Shown: piece by piece, positions 11,611-23,452 of the stretch
Layout of the letters: every line of letters starts with the position of its first letter
Position numbering within the stretch: position 1 is the stretch's first letter
DNA from: Squalus acanthias
Taxonomy: Eukaryota
Direction: 5' to 3'
Assembly: GCA_030390025.1 (NCBI GenBank)
Contig: JASTWF010000345.1
Location: forward strand, 248,001 to 312,000
DNA: 64,000 nucleotides
The notes under the pieces: generated by a model
What the model was told of the DNA's origin: nothing
Database searches by the model: none
The model's input: only the letters and a program-made list of their open reading frames with translations
Position numbers and translations under genes: made by a program

Positions 11611-12097
11611 GCTGAAAGCAAGCGACACCTATTTGCCCCGAGCATCCAACATTCGGAAAGAGGAAGGAAGTGTTTATGGCAGGCAAGGCCTTGCAGAGTG
11701 CTGCTTTGCACAGGCCCCAGGGAAAATGTGCAGTGTTTTGAATTTTAAAAAATGTATAATTTCACAGGCAGCTCAAAGGGCCGCCATCCTCCCACTGTGA
11801 CAGGTCTCCGAGGCTCGCTGCTGGAATTTTCCACCAGGGAGCCTGCCCCCAGTATGTAAATGACCCCAAGGGCCAAAAGTTCGGTTGGGCTCAAGGGTAT
11901 TTCTCCATAGCAGCAGAAGCCTCGCTCTACTGGAGATGTGTCGCAATTGAGTGTAACCAGAAAATCCCAGCATTTGTAGCGTGTTGGAGTGTTGATTTTC
12001 AGGCCCTGTCCCAACAATTTTTCAGTGGGCTTGAGTGGGTAGGGATGGAAAATAACCCAAATGTGGTGAAAGTATATTAGCAGCATACAGGGTACGG

Positions 12098-12167
12098 TAA
12101 CATAGTGGTTATGTTACTAGTAATCCAGAGGCCTGGACGAATGATCAGGAGACATGAGTTCAAATCC
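12098..12167 (+). promoter_or_regulatory. tRNA-like Pol III type 2 internal promoter (A and B boxes)
   Basis: A box taacatagtgg (12098-12108) inside a D-arm-like hairpin gtaacata/tatgttac; B box gagttcaaatcc (12156-12167). Confidence 0.75.
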
Positions 12168-14589
12168 CACCACGGCAGCTGGGGAATTTAAATTCAGTTA
12201 AATAAACAAATCTGGAATAAAAAACTAGTATCAGTAATGGTAACCATGAAATTACCGGAAAACCCATCTGGTTCACTAATGTCCTTTAGGGAAGGAAATC
12301 TGCCGTCCTTACCTGGTCTGGCCTACACGTGACTCCAGACCCACAGCAATGTGGTTGACTTTTAACTGCCCTCTGAAATGGCCCAGCAAGCTACTCAGTT
12401 GTGCCAAACCGCTACGGAAAACAATAAGAGCAAAACCGGACGGACCAACCGGCATCGACCTCGGCACCGGATTCAGACACGACAAAGACACACCCAGCGC
12501 AGTCGACCCTGCAAAGTCCTCCTCACTAACATCTGGGGACTTGTGCCAAAATTGGGAGAGCTGTCCCACAGATTAGTCAAGCAACAGACAGTCATACTCA
12601 CAGAATCATGCATTTCAAACAACGTCCCAGACTCATCTATCATCATCCCTGGGTAAGTTCTGTCCCACCAGAGGAGACAACACAGTGGTAAACAGTTGGG
12701 ACAGAGTGGCCCTGGGAGTTCTCAACATTGACTCCGGACCCCACGAAGTCTCATAGCTTCAGGTCAAGCACGGCAAGGAAACCTCCTGCTGATTACCACC
12801 TACTGCCCTCCCTCAGCTGATGAATCAGTATCCCTCCATGTTGAATACCATTTGGAAGAAGCACTGAGGGCAGCAAAGGCACATAATGTACTCTGCGTGG
12901 GGGACTTCAATGTCCATCACCAAAAGTGACTCGGTAGCATCACTAGTGACCAAGCTGGCCGAGTCCTGAAGGACATAGCTGCCAGACTGGGCCTGCAGCA
13001 GGTGGTGAGACAACCAACACGAGGGAAAAACCTACTTGACCTTGACCTCACCAATCTACCTGTCGCAGATGCTAAATGGGATAGATTCAGAACAGATCTA
13101 GCAGCTTAGCACTGGGCATCCATGAGGCGCTATGGGCCATCAGCAGCAGCAGCAGAATTGTATTCCACCACAATCTGTAACCTCATGGTCTGGCATATCC
13201 CTCACCCTACCAATACCATCAAGCCAGGGGACCAACCCTGGTTCAATGACGAGTGTAGAAGAGCAGGCCAGGAGCAGCACCAAGCATACCTAAAAATGAG
13301 GTGCCAACCTGGGGATGCTGCAACACAGGACTACATGCATGCTAAAAAGCGGAAACAGCATGCTATAGACAGAGCTAAGTGATCCCACAATCAATGGGTC
13401 AGATCAAAGCTCTGCAGTCCTGCCACATCCAGTCGTGAATGGCGGTGGACAATTAAACAATTAATGGGAGGAGGAGGCTGCATGAACATTCCCATCCTCA
13501 ATGATGGAGGAGCCCAGCACGTGAGTGCAAAAGATAAGGCTGAAGTATTTGCAACAATCTTCAGCCAGAAGTGCCGAGTGGGTGATCCATCTCAGCCTCC
13601 CCCTGGCGTCCCCACTATAACAGAAGCCAGTCTTCAGCCAATTCAATTCACTCCACGTGATATCAAGAAATGGCTGAGCACACTAGATACAGCAAATGCT
13701 ATGGGCCCAGGCATTACATCCTGGCTGTTGTGCTGAAGACTTGCGCTCCAGAACTATCCACGACTCTAGCAAATCTGTTCCAGTACAGCTACAATACTGG
13801 CATCTACCAGACAATGTGGAAAACTGCCCAGGTATGTCCTGCCCACAAAAAGCAGGACAAACCCAGCGAATTACCGCCCCATCAGTCTACTCTCAATCAT
13901 CAGCAAAGTGATGGAAGGTGCAGTCGACAATGATATCAAGCACCACTTACTCACCAATAACCTGCTCACCAATGCCCAGTTTGGGTTCCACCAGGACCAC
14001 TTGGCTCCAGGCCTCATTACAGCCTTGGTCCAAACATGGACAAAATAGCTGAATTCCAGAGGTGAGGTGAGAGTGACTGCCCTTGACATCAAGTCAGCAT
14101 TTGACCAAGTGTGGCATCAAGGAGCCCTAGTAAAACTGAAGTCAATGGGAATCGGGGGAAAACTCTCCACTGGCTTGAATCATACCTAGCACAAAGGAAG
14201 ATGGTTGTGGTGGTTGGAGGTCAATCATCACAGCCCCAGGGCATCGCTGCAGGAGTTCCTCAGGGCAGTGTCCTAGGCCCAACCATCTTCAGCTGCTTCA
14301 TCAATGACCTACCCTCTATCATAAGGTCAGACGTGGGGATGATCGCTGCTGATTGCACAGTGTTCAGTGCCATTCGCAACTCCTCAGGTAATGAAGCAGT
14401 CCATGCCCGCATGCAGCAAGACCTGGACGATATTCAGGCTTGGGCTGATAAGTGGCAAGTAACATTCGCACCACACAAGTGCCAGGCAATGACTATCTCC
14501 AAGAAGCGGAGATGCCGGCGTTGGACTGGGGTGGACAAAAATGAGAAGTCGCACAACACCAGGTTATAGTCCAACAGATTTATTTAAAA

Positions 14590-14631
14590 TTACAAGCTTT
14601 CGGAGCTATCGATCACCCCTTCTTCAGGTAA
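14590..14631 (-). ncRNA. Minimal type I hammerhead ribozyme motif
   Basis: Minus strand reads ttac-CTGAAGA-a-ggggt-gatcgata-gctcc-GAAA-GC-TT-gtaa. Confidence 0.78.
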
Positions 14632-14662
14632 AGTTACTATGAGGTATAGTACTATAGTAACT

Positions 14663-14704
14663 TTACCTGAAGAAGGGGCGATCGATAGCTCTGAAAGCTT
14701 GTAA
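14663..14704 (+). ncRNA. Minimal type I hammerhead ribozyme motif
   Basis: ttac-CTGAAGA-a-ggggc-gatcgata-gctct-GAAA-GC-TT-gtaa; helix I ttac/gtaa and a palindromic AGCT helix III. Confidence 0.78.
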
Positions 14705-15742
14705 TTTTAAATAAATCTGTTGGACTATAACCTGGTGTTGTGCGACTTCTCATTTTTATCTCCAAGAAGAGAGAGTCTAACCACCGCCCCTTGACATTCA
14801 ACAGCATTACCATTGTCAAATCCCCCACCATCAATATCCTGGGGGTTACCATTGACCAGAAACTTAACAGGACCAGCCACATAAATACTGTGGCAACAAG
14901 AGCAGGTCAGAGGCTGGGTATTCTGCGGCAAGTGTCTCACCTCCGGACTCGCCAAAGCCTTTCCACCATCTACAAGGCACAAGTAAGGAGTGCGATGGAA
15001 TACTCTCCACTTGCCTGGATGAGTGAAGCTCCAACAACACTCAAGAAGCTCGACACCATCCAGGACAAAGCAGCCGGCTTGATTGGCACCCCATCCACCA
15101 CCTTAAACATTCACTCCCTCCACCACTGGCGCATCATGGCTGCAGTGTGTACCATCTATAAGATGCACTGCAGCAACTCGCCAAGGCTTCTTCGGCAGCA
15201 CCTCCCAAACCCGCGACCTCTTCCACCTAGAAGGACAAGGGCAGCAGGCGCATGGGAAGACCACCACCTCCAAGTTCTCCTCCAACTCGTGTACCATCCT
15301 GACTTGGAAATGTATCGCCGATCCTTCATCGTCACTGGGTCAAACTCCTGGAACTCCCTCCCTAACAGCACTGTGGGAGTACCTTCACCACACGGACTGC
15401 AATGGTTCAAGAAGGCGGCTCACCACCACCTTCTCAAGGGCAATTAGGAATGGGCAATAAATGCTGGCATTGCCAGCAATGCCCATATCCCAGGAACGAA
15501 TAAAGAAAAATACAAGTGAAGGAAATACAGCCGGTGCTTTATTTCCGGCCATATAAAGGCACAGCCAATTTGAGCACACAGACAGAAAGTCACTGACTGC
15601 CATATTCCAGGGCTGGTTGTTCTCTTGGGTACTGTAGAATGCTTTACTGTAAGACACATGTCACTGAGAGTTCCATTCCCTGATGTAGCACCACCTATAA
15701 AATTTCTTTTGGATTTCCCGATTCAAAATGTAAAGTAAGATT

Positions 15743-16203
15743 GACTTGCATTTATATAGCGCCTTTCACGACCACCGGACATCTCAAAGCACTTTACAGC
15801 TGATGAAGTACTTTTGAAGTGTAGTCACTGTTGTAATGTAGGAAACGCGGCAGCCAATTTGCACACAGCAAGCTCCCACAAACAGCAATGTGATAATGAC
15901 CAGATAATCTGCTTTTGTTATTTTGATTGAGGGATAAATATTGGCCAGGACACCAGGGATAACTCCCCTGCTCTTCTTCAAAATAGTGCCATGGGATCTT
16001 TTACGTCCACCTGAGAGAGCAGAGAGTACCTCGGTTTAACGTCTCATCTGAAAGACAGCGCCTCCGACAGTGCAGCACTCCCTCAGCACTGCACTGGAGT
16101 GTCAGCCTAGATTTTTGTGCTTAAGACTCTGGAGTAGGATTTGAACCCACAACCTTCTGACTCAGAGCAGAGAGTGCGACCCACTGAGCCACTGGCTGAC
16201 ACA
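15743..16203 (-). mobile_element. Full-length tRNA-derived DeuSINE (SacSINE1-like)
   Basis: Minus-strand head with A box tggctcagtgg and B box ggttcaaatcc; central Deu-type block (gggatcttttacgtccacctgag...ggtttaacgtctcatc); L2-like tail aaaggcgctatataaatgcaag. Family name is from recall. Confidence 0.85.
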
Positions 16204-17419
16204 CAGTAATCCAGCAGGTAAAAGGAGGTGAGAAGGGCTGGATCTATCAGGTAAGTGCCTTTACAACACTGCTTGTTGCCCAGGAGGAGCAGGAATGTTT
16301 CCTCCAGGCCCAACAAGCTTACCCGCTTGATCAGCCAAACCCCACCTCCACGATCTCCGACTCCCCGACATCCCCCTAATTCCACCCCCCCCCCCCGCGA
16401 TTGGCTGATCCCCATCTTCGCGCTCTCAGCCCCCACAATCTCTCCCCCGATCACGATCTCTTCCCCCCACCAACCACGACCTGCCCCCTCCCCACAATCG
16501 CTACCTCCTTCTCTGCTGTCAATCAGACTGCCTGTCGGGCAGGAAACCTGATGAAAAAATTTTAAATACATCCTGCAGTATGTCCGGGAAACCCGTACTT
16601 CCAGATTTCCCATCCAGAAACCCTCACATTCACTCCCTCCCCGTCGCCCTATAAATATTGGGGCCATAGTCACTGTTGTTATTGGACGATTTTCTGTAGC
16701 TTCTGTCAAGATTGTATGTGTTGATTCTTTGGGAAGGTTTTTCCACTACTGATTGTCCTGTTTGCATAAAACTTAAAGCAGATTTCACTAATATTATGGA
16801 ACAGAAATAAAATTTCATGGATACAATCTCTCGCTGAACTATTTTAACCCACCAGTTAATATGTTAGCATAAATTCCTGTCTGCGTTGTTTTAATGCAAT
16901 CATTAGCCCACGGGTTAACATGCATTAAATTAGCATGCCGAAGAATTTACCTGAACACATCAATAGATGTGCTAAAAGTAGTGCACAGAAGACATTAAAT
17001 CAGTCTGACAGTAATCCAGAAATACATAAAGCAAAAAAAATGCCTCATCAATGATATGCACTTGGGTACTGAAGTGGTTGCCATTCAGCAGATTCAGAGA
17101 GAATATTACATATGTAGCTATTTATCTACAAACGAAGTAGGCCATATAAGTTATGGTAACAAAATCAGAATTAGGTTAGATTAGGCAACTTCCTAGGCAA
17201 TGTTCTATTCATACAAATTACGTGTTACACTTCCTTAGTATTTTGTTTATATATTTTTTAAATGACATGGAATTTTGTTCTTGTATGGTCAGTTTTTTTC
17301 ATGTGCAGAGAACCACTCTGAAGTGAAATCATGGCTGCCATGGTGACAGGTAGGATGCTCGCAGATGCTGAAAGTCAGTGTGAGGATGTTTGATTGATTC
17401 TCCTTTCAACTCTTGAAGT

Positions 17420-17710
17420 CACTGACTCACGTGGGCAGCCCTTCAGTACATCACCCGGGGGAGCGCGGCTGAGCTTTATCCTAGGCTTATTCAATGACTG
17501 CAAACATGCACCTTCCAGCAGGGCTCACTCAATTTTGACACCTTGACTGATTTTTTTTTTCTCTTCCATATCTGAGCAGTACTGAGTCCAATTATAGCAC
17601 TCCAGCTAAGATCAACGAAGTCGGCATACACCGAGGAATGAATCCGGAGCCTTCCTGGTCTGCGTGCTCAGTATCACAAAGTATGGTAATGAGCCAGCAC
17701 AACACTGAGA
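17420..17710 (-). repeat. Highly decayed old SINE-like repeat
   Basis: Minus strand has a tRNA-like agaccaggaaggctccggattcattcc segment followed by taattggactcag. A loosely similar tract lies near 45020-45120. Confidence 0.35.
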
Positions 17711-17769
17711 ACACTCTGCTTTCTTACCACTGATTCCATCCCATTGCCAGGCCACTTTATCAAGCTGAA

Positions 17770-18458
17770 CCAGACCACATGCAAACTTGGCATCCTGTTT
17801 GATGATAAAATTGGTTTCAGAACCCATATCCCTTCCATCACAAAGATTGTTTACTTACATCTCTGCAACATTATCACCTCTCACTGCCCCATTACCACTG
17901 AAACTCTTATACACCTCCAGACTATACTTCAACACTTTCCTTTTTGGAGGATCATCCTCCACTGTCCATAAACTCTGAATTGCTCAAAACTCTGCCACAT
18001 GTATCCTGTCCTACATTAAGTCCCACTTGCCCATGATCCCTGTCCTTGCTGAACGACAATGGCTCCCTGTCCCCCACTGAATTGAATTTTAAAACCTTGT
18101 CCTTGTCTTTAATTCCTCCCAGCCCACCCTATTTCTACAATCTCCCTGGCTCTATAATTGTCCTCCAACACTGCGTTCCTCTGACTGCCTCCTGTCATCC
18201 CTTTACCTGACCACTGGTGGCAAAGCCTTCAGCCACCCGAGTCCTACTGTCTCAAAGTCCCTTGCTAAACCATTCTACCTTTCCATCTCTGTCTCCTCTG
18301 TTCAAACCATTCTCAAAACCCATCTCTTCAACTAAGCTTTTAGTCATCCCTCCTAATTGTTCATTTCCTGGCTCGATGTTCATTTTCCTTATACCTATCT
18401 GTGAAACAACTTGGAACTTTTTGTACATTAAAAAGTATTATATAATTGCAAGTTGTAG
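17770..18458 (+). mobile_element. Decayed L2-clade LINE 3' fragment
   Basis: Pyrimidine-rich; tggctccctgtc...attgaatttt, ggtggcaaagccttcagc, and a tail tatataattgcaagttgtagttg like the one at 31497-31945. Confidence 0.7.
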
Positions 18459-18467
18459 TTGCCATTG

Positions 18468-19600
18468 TCATAGAATCTTACAGCACAGAAGGAGGCCATT
18501 CGGCCCATCGTGCCGGTGCTGGACCTTTGAAAGAGCTGTTCAATTTAGTTCCACACCCCAGCTTTTTCCCCATAACCTTACAAATTATTCCTCCTCAAGC
18601 GCATGTCCAATTGCCTTTTGAAAGTTACTATGGAATCTGATTCCACCATACTTTCAGGTAGTGCGTTCCAGATTTTAACAACCATCTGTGTGAAGAAATT
18701 TCTTCTCATTTCCCCTCCAGTTCTTTTGCCAATTATTTTTAAACCTATGACCTGTGGTTACCGACCCACTTGCCAGAGGAAATAGTTTCTCCCTATTTGC
18801 TCTATCAAAACCCCTCATTATTTTAAATACTTCCATTGGGTCTCCCCTTAACCTTCTCTGCTCTAAGGAGAACAATCCCAGCTCTCCAATCTCTCCACAT
18901 AACTGAACTCATTCATCCCTGGTATCATCCTGGTAAACCTTCTCTGTACCCTCTCCAGGGCCTTGACAGCCTTCCTAAAGTGTGGTACCCAGAATTGTAC
19001 AAAATCCTCCAACTGAAGCCGAACAAGTGATTTGTAAAGGTTTAGCATGACTTTCTTGTTTTTATATTCAATGCCCCTATTTACAAAGCCAAGTATCCCA
19101 TACACTTTCTTAACTGCCTGATCAACTTGCCCTGCCATCTTCAAGGATTTGTGAATATGCAGCCCCAGGTCCCTCTGCTCTTGCAGCCCCCTAAAAATAG
19201 TACCATTTAGATGATACTGCCTCTCCATGTTGTTTCTCCCAAAGTGCACCACTTCACACTTACCTGCATTAAATTGCATCTGCCATGTTCTGCCCATTTC
19301 ACCAGTCTGGCTATGTCCTCCTGAAGTCTAGTACTATCCTATTCACTATTTACTTCATTGCCTAGATTTGTATCATCCACAAACTTCAAAATTGTACTCC
19401 CCATACCCAAATCCAGGTCATTTATATACAACAAGAAAAGCAATGCCCTAATACTGACCCCTGGGGGACCCCACTGCATTACTTCCCTCCAGTCAGAAAA
19501 ACATTCATTCACCACTAATCTCTGCCTCCTATCCCTTAGCCAAATTCATACCCAAGTTCGTACCCAAGTCCCTTTAATACCATGTGCTTCTATTTTCTGT
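18468..19600 (-). mobile_element. CR1 LINE 3' fragment
   Basis: WQMQFNAGKCEVVHFG, QFWVPHFRK, FSLEQRRLRGD; CR1 tail at 18468-18510. Confidence 0.92.
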
Positions 19601-19672
19601 TGTGACGCAGTTACCCAATGATCTATCAGGGAGGACTTTGTGTTTTGCTTGTGTTATTTGTTGGGTTAGAGG

Positions 19673-19992
19673 TTATAGAAACATAGAAGATAGGAGCAGG
19701 AGTAGGCCATTCGGCCCCTCGAGCCTGCTCCGCCATTCAATGCGATCATGGCTGATCATCCAAATTCAGGACCCTGTCCCTGCTTTCTTCCCATATCCCT
19801 TGATCCCCTTAGCCTTAAGAAATATATCTAACTCCTTCTTGAATATATTTAATGAATTGGACTCAACTATCTTCTGTGGTAGAGAATTCCACAGGTTCAC
19901 CACTCTCTGGGTGAAGAAATTCCTCCTCATCTCAGTCCTAAATGGCTTACCCCTTATCCTTAGACTGTGACCCTGGTTCTGGACTCTCCCAC
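19673..19992 (-). mobile_element. CR1 LINE 3' end
   Basis: tagaaacatagaa tail and ggccattcggcccctcgagcctg stem-loop; close to 47239-47560. Confidence 0.9.
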
Positions 19993-20612
19993 TATGCTTA
20001 TATATTATGCATGTTACAGGACCATGAGCAGAGAGGGACTGACTCCTCCAAACAGCAGGGATTTCAGAGCAGACAGGTTAGGGGATGCGTGTCTGTTGAA
20101 ATGTTTTCATCTTTATGTTAGAAAAATTCAATTGCTTTTACTGCACGTCTGAGTCTGATTAAAAGAAGCACAACAACTCAAAATCTGACACCAAAGAAAG
20201 CAGTTATTAGGTGAAAATTGCAATGGTTACAGTGAACACTTGCTTTAACTGTAACCAGAGAGAGGTGCAGGTACACTGTCCCTTTAAATGAATTGTCCTG
20301 CAAGACTGGCAGAAACCGTAGTAGTAGGCTATGTGGGTCGACAGAGAGGTTGTGAGTTAACATGGACCCTGAATATCTCGTATTTACACACTAGTTGCAC
20401 CAGAAAGTTACGCCATTCATCTGCAGAGGAAGTTACATGCAAGTTTCCTGGGGTAAGCTAATTTAAATATTCTTGGTTCATCTCTGGTGCAACTTGAATG
20501 AAGAAACTGCGTAAGTTTGCACCTCCTTAGCTTGCAATAAAACAAATGTCGGATTTTAAATACACTGGGTCTTGGGATTTGTTATTTATGAGCATTACAG
20601 TATGTGAGAAAT

Positions 20613-20750
20613 AACAACCACAACAACTTGCATTTATACAGTGCCTTTAACGTAGTAAAACATCCCAAGGCACTTGATAGGAGTGTTATCAAACAAAATT
20701 TGATACTGAGCTATATATTGGGACAGGTGACAAGCTTAGTCAAAGAGGTA
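20613..20750 (-). repeat. L2 / L2-tailed SINE 3' end
   Basis: caacaacttgcatttatacagtgcctttaacgtagtaaaacatcccaaggc is the reverse complement of the L2 tail at 31880-31940. Confidence 0.8.
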
Positions 20751-21149
20751 GCCCATTCAGTAGGTTCAGATTTCTTCACAAAGGTGAGAATTCCTGGGAA
20801 GTTCCTGTTCGGCCAGAGTGATATGCTTTGGTGTCATTTGGTGGGTGCATAGAAGAAACTGAGGCTGAGGTGCTGCCACTACGGTTGATCAGTCAATCTG
20901 CCCACTAATGCCCCTTGTGGCAGAAAGGGAGAACATGGTTTGGTTTGCATTGCAGATGAGGCCAATATCCTGGGAATGGAACCCCTTCCTATTCACATAA
21001 ATCAGCGCCTGCTCGTTGGCAACTTCAGTGCCATCTGCATGCCATCATGGCACCCTGCACCCTGGGGAGTCCAGCTGTCCCATAGAAGTCCCTGGCACTG
21101 TACCTCAGCTGCCTGGGGGATGCCCACATGGAGAAACTCGGTTGCTTTA

Positions 21150-21400
21150 TGAAAGAAGGCATCTGTCACCAGCCTGATACATGCCCTGGCAACTCCCTGG
21201 CTAATGTTGCACAGAACCCTGTGACAGCCTGAAAGGATGCAGAGCCGTAAAAGTTGAGGGTTGCTGGCATCTTAATTGCCACAGACAGAGCATTTGAGAG
21301 AATGCAGCAAGTCTACAAATCTTGGTGATGAAGTTGGCAGTGATGCCCAATGGCATCCTTGAAGAGACACAGCCATTGGATGCACAGCTCCTCGGAGAGA
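21150..21400 (-). pseudogene. Harbinger (HARBI1-like) transposase N-terminal remnant
   Basis: Minus-strand translation, with a frameshift: NALSVAIKMPATLNFYGSASFQ...CNISQ...CIRLVTDAFF, the typical Harbinger HTH-region pattern. Confidence 0.75.
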
Positions 21401-21993
21401 TCCTCCTAGGACCTGTGTGGCCTGTACACACGATGTGGATGGTAGTACCTGGGGGGAGTGCTGTCGATTGCTGTGCTGCCTGATTCTCCAGGCTTGGACA
21501 TGCTGCTTGCTGCATCTCCACCTCCATCTCCATTATGATGGCTTAGATTGGTATGTCCATGGGGAAAGTCGATCTGAGTCGATCAGAGTGTGGGTTTGGG
21601 GGTAGGGCAATCGTGGGCCCCAAAAAGGTTTCTTGGGAAGAAAGGAGAGCACGATGGTAAAATGAAATGCTGATGTCAGGAATTACAAAATGTGAAGGCA
21701 GGGGTGAGATAAAGTTCCTCGGAAGCCAGTAATCAGTAAGTGAAATTGGTTCCCACTTCAGTTCACCAACTCCTCACTTACTGAAGTGCTGGGGGAAACT
21801 GTTAGACCGTTTTTTTTTGGAGGTGTAAAGTTACACCAACTGCAGGAGTAGTGTAAACCCAGGAAACTTCCGTGTGCTTGAACAGTGTGGCTATGCAAAG
21901 TACCCTCAACTGTTTTGATGGGCGTAAGATTTGCACTGTTAAAAGATTGAGGAAATTTACATTTAGCGCAATAATGGTGCATAAGCAACGTAG

Positions 21994-22702
21994 GGGGAGA
22001 AATTCCCCTAGAGGGCCATTTGGGGCGCTAAGTCAAAAATGTTTGAAACGTTAGCGCCGGGCACTAACCTTTTCATCCATTTGAAAAATTCCCATTGTTT
22101 GCTCCAAGAGGGAAGTGGAGCGCTAAATCAAGCGCGCCTCGGAGCGCAAGAGGCAGGGAATGTCCCGATCCGGGGCAATGTGCTCAGCAGCGTCACACGT
22201 GGCCACGCATTTCAGGGGCTCTTCCCTCAATTAAAGGGAAGGGCTCCCCGCTGCGAGCTCTGCCTTTTTTTTGACATCTGCTGGAGCACCGGGGTGCGGG
22301 AGTGCTGCACGATCAGCCCGGCACACAAGCTGAGTGCCGGGCTGACCGATCACAGCACTCAGCCTGCCTCCGGTGCTCAGAAATTTTTAAAAATCGCCGA
22401 TTTTTTTCATGTCGGCCGGCCTCCGCACCTTTAAATGGCGCCCCGCGAGCTGTCGGCCTCACTGTTCACGACCCCTGCAGCAGTCGGTAACATCGCCCGG
22501 CGCTGCTGCGGGGCACGAGGGGGAAGTTTTCTCCCGAGGCGCTGCGCCCAGAGATGACGTCATGATCCCCGGGTGCAGAAGATTGGGGCGATACCCGGTA
22601 GCGCCGCCGCGAACCTCCTGCGGAATTTCGCGGGAGGCGAAACGCCATTTGCGCCCCATTAGCGCCTCCCACCAGCGGCGCAAACGAGCGGAATTTCGCC
22701 CC
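21994..22702. mobile_element. GC-rich Harbinger-type MITE
   Basis: TIR ggggagaaattcc / ggaatttcgcccc; repeated ttagcgcc/gcgctaa motifs shared with 57367-58259. TSD not conserved. Confidence 0.75.
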
Positions 22703-22914
22703 TGTAATGCGCTAAACGTAATTTTCCCCAAACTTTCTCAGCACAATAATGGTGTAATAATGGTATAACTACCGAAGATTACCAGGAATTTCACCTGTGT
22801 ATTGGCACAGATTCCTCTTTGAATAAGTGAGATACCCTGACACCCAGATGATAACAGGGAAAGAGTATAAGGTAAGGAGGTGAGTGAAGGCTGTATCAAT
22901 GCTGTAGGATGTGG

Positions 22915-23130
22915 ATTGGCAGCAGCGCCTTGGCCACCCTTGAGAGGGAATTTGATTATTTGGCAGTTCTTGGGGTGGTGATGGTTGCACTGAGAGCATC
23001 TGTTACCTTTCTCCAAACATCGAGAACCATCCTCTCACCAGGCTCCCTTCCCTCAGTATCCAGCAGTCAATCACTTCTCACCCGCATTTCAGCCAGCAAC
23101 ACTGCCGCAGATATATCAGTGAATATGGGA
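22915..23130 (-). pseudogene. Harbinger Myb/SANT-like protein remnant
   Basis: Minus-strand translation AVLLAEMRVR...VWRKVTDALSATITTPRT...LSRVAK with stops. A TIR-like gagaattcagccc lies at 23435-23447. Confidence 0.6.
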
Positions 23131-23452
23131 GCTCTTCCTGCCACTGAATCGCTTCCCCCCGAGGTGGCTGCTGCTCCTTCAGACATTTTTGCAGTTGTGT
23201 GTCCTGCTGCTCAAAATCCAAGGCCCCCCTTTCATAGCTGCAGCCCTTTAAAGGCTGCAACAGCACTCAATGTCCTCCCTCCCTCCCTCGCAGCAGCGGT
23301 AACCCAATGAGGAGCAGTATTACCGCTCCAAACCCATCCTGCTCGGACTGCCCCAGGAGGAATCTTTTGCAGATTAGTAGCAGTCATGTGGTGGGCAGAA
23401 GCCCCCCCCACCACCACTAACCCACCAACAGGAGGAGAATTCAGCCCATGAT

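Larger units (their letters stand above)
14507..14756. mobile_element. 250-bp Penelope fold-back mini-element with two hammerhead motifs
   Basis: 13-bp TSD tatctccaagaag (14494-14506, 14757-14769); about 100-bp inverted arms homologous to the pLTR of the GIY-YIG element at 10719-11429. Confidence 0.9.
12378..15447 (+). pseudogene. Disrupted APE-RT polyprotein of the tRNA-headed LINE
   Basis: ATG at 12378 leads through an Arg-rich leader into KVLLTNIWGL; ends at HHLLKGN-stop (15447). Multiple stops and frameshifts plus a Penelope insertion. Confidence 0.88.
12090..15509 (+). mobile_element. Apparently full-length single-ORF LINE (CR1/L2-group RT, clade not assigned) with a tRNA-like 5' head
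   Basis: TSD ataca (12085-12089, 15510-15514) flanks head and tail, and the interrupted repeat rejoins across it. APE motifs (TNIWGL, ILTES, GDFN) and RT motifs (LDIKSAFD.VWH, GVPQGSVLGP). Ends with AATAAA and an A-rich tail. Confidence 0.9.

Noticed and set aside
16120..16203. tRNA gene (likewise 12090-12175 and 26017-26090)
   Set aside because: A/B boxes are present but the cloverleaf is incomplete and each continues into SINE or LINE body sequence.
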